Shown here: positions 43,849 through 44,364 of the stretch, in pieces
Position numbering within the stretch: position 1 is the first letter of the stretch
How the letters are laid out: every line of letters begins with the position of its first letter
DNA from: a virus
Lineage: Duplodnaviria; Caudoviricetes
Strand: one strand, 5' to 3'
Virus record (IMG/VR): IMGVR_UViG_3300042884_000704
Location: 1-44,364 of that record
DNA length: 44,364 bases
Position numbers and translations under genes: made by a program
The notes under the pieces: generated by a model
Database searches by the model: none
Seen by the model: only the letters and a program-made list of their open reading frames with translations
What the model was told of the DNA's origin: nothing

Positions 43849-44364
43849 ATGGCAAAAGAAATCAAAGAAAACCTTGGGAACTACGATACTGTGGTCCAAA
43901 TCCTGCGGACGGCAGTTGATGAGTTTTTCACCTACCTTGGGACCACAAAGGACGATCCAGAGGCTCGGGCTGCGTGGATGACCAAGATGTGCTCGACCCT
44001 CGGGGACCTGTTCCTCGACGGGTCAAAGCAGTACGAGGCGGTCGAGGTCTGGAACGCTCCGGGCAAGATCGACGCTTACCTAGCCGATCTGTATCCGTTT
44101 CCAACCACGGATCCCAAAGAACGGATGCGTTGGTTTTTCGTTGTGTTCTTCAACGAAATAAACGAGCTTCATGCGTTCGCGTCAACTCCTGGCGTGTTGG
44201 ATGAACAATGGAAGCCAAGCGGGGCAAGGCTGTTCCAAAGGTTCGCCATGATGCTGCTGGGTATCCCATTGGACGAATTTGCAGATGCAACCGAGGAATC
44301 CTCTACGGTCGAAGTGCAGGAAAGCGTCAAGCTCTCCGGCCGTCAAAGAGCAATGCTCGAGAAC
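43849..44364 (+). CDS. 3'-truncated protein with acidic helical N-terminal domain
   Basis: GGAG RBS, ATG 43849, open to the window end (MAKEIKENLGNYDTVVQIL...EVQESVKLSGRQRAMLEN); absent from the supplied ORF track. Confidence 0.7.
   Translation, partial: MAKEIKENLGNYDTVVQILRTAVDEFFTYLGTTKDDPEARAAWMTKMCSTLGDLFLDGSKQYEAVEVWNAPGKIDAYLADLYPFPTTDPKERMRWFFVVFFNEINELHAFASTPGVLDEQWKPSGARLFQRFAMMLLGIPLDEFADATEESSTVEVQESVKLSGRQRAMLEN

Noticed and set aside
43974-44204. Listed 76-aa ORF
   Set aside because: Out-of-frame overlap with the better ORF starting at 43849
1-44364. Integrase, att site, DNA polymerase, major capsid, reverse transcriptase or DGR
   Set aside because: No supporting motifs seen in this window; lifestyle cannot be determined

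Overview
Almost entirely + strand segment of a tailed dsDNA phage or prophage. It is siphovirus-like and probably infects Planctomycetota, inferred from the CsrA, GYF_2/DUF4282, DUF1257/DUF2997 and CAP-like genes. Gene order: (1) tail module (tube, chaperone with -1 frameshift, tape measure, tip proteins, Cys-rich protein, ERV/ALR-glycosyltransferase fusion); (2) putative lysis cassette with a papain-like peptidase; (3) structured 770-bp non-coding region; (4) early/middle genes (CsrA, Ycf46-like AAA+ module, exonuclease, tRNA-like RNA array, ERF, ParB-like, SF2 helicase, RusA, ECF sigma, DNA methylase); (5) terminase; (6) accessory island; (7) a portal fused to a Zeta-like kinase, a kinase/ADP-ribosyltransferase polyprotein and a third, truncated polyprotein. 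Most notable observations: a putative chained, protease-processed head-cargo toxin/immunity locus; an AAA+ ATPase with Walker B before Walker A; three tandem tRNA-shaped RNAs lacking normal anticodon loops; 12 copies of a bipartite promoter-like motif; and 8 dispersed copies of a 14-bp palindrome. All family assignments come from motif recognition by eye, not database searches.
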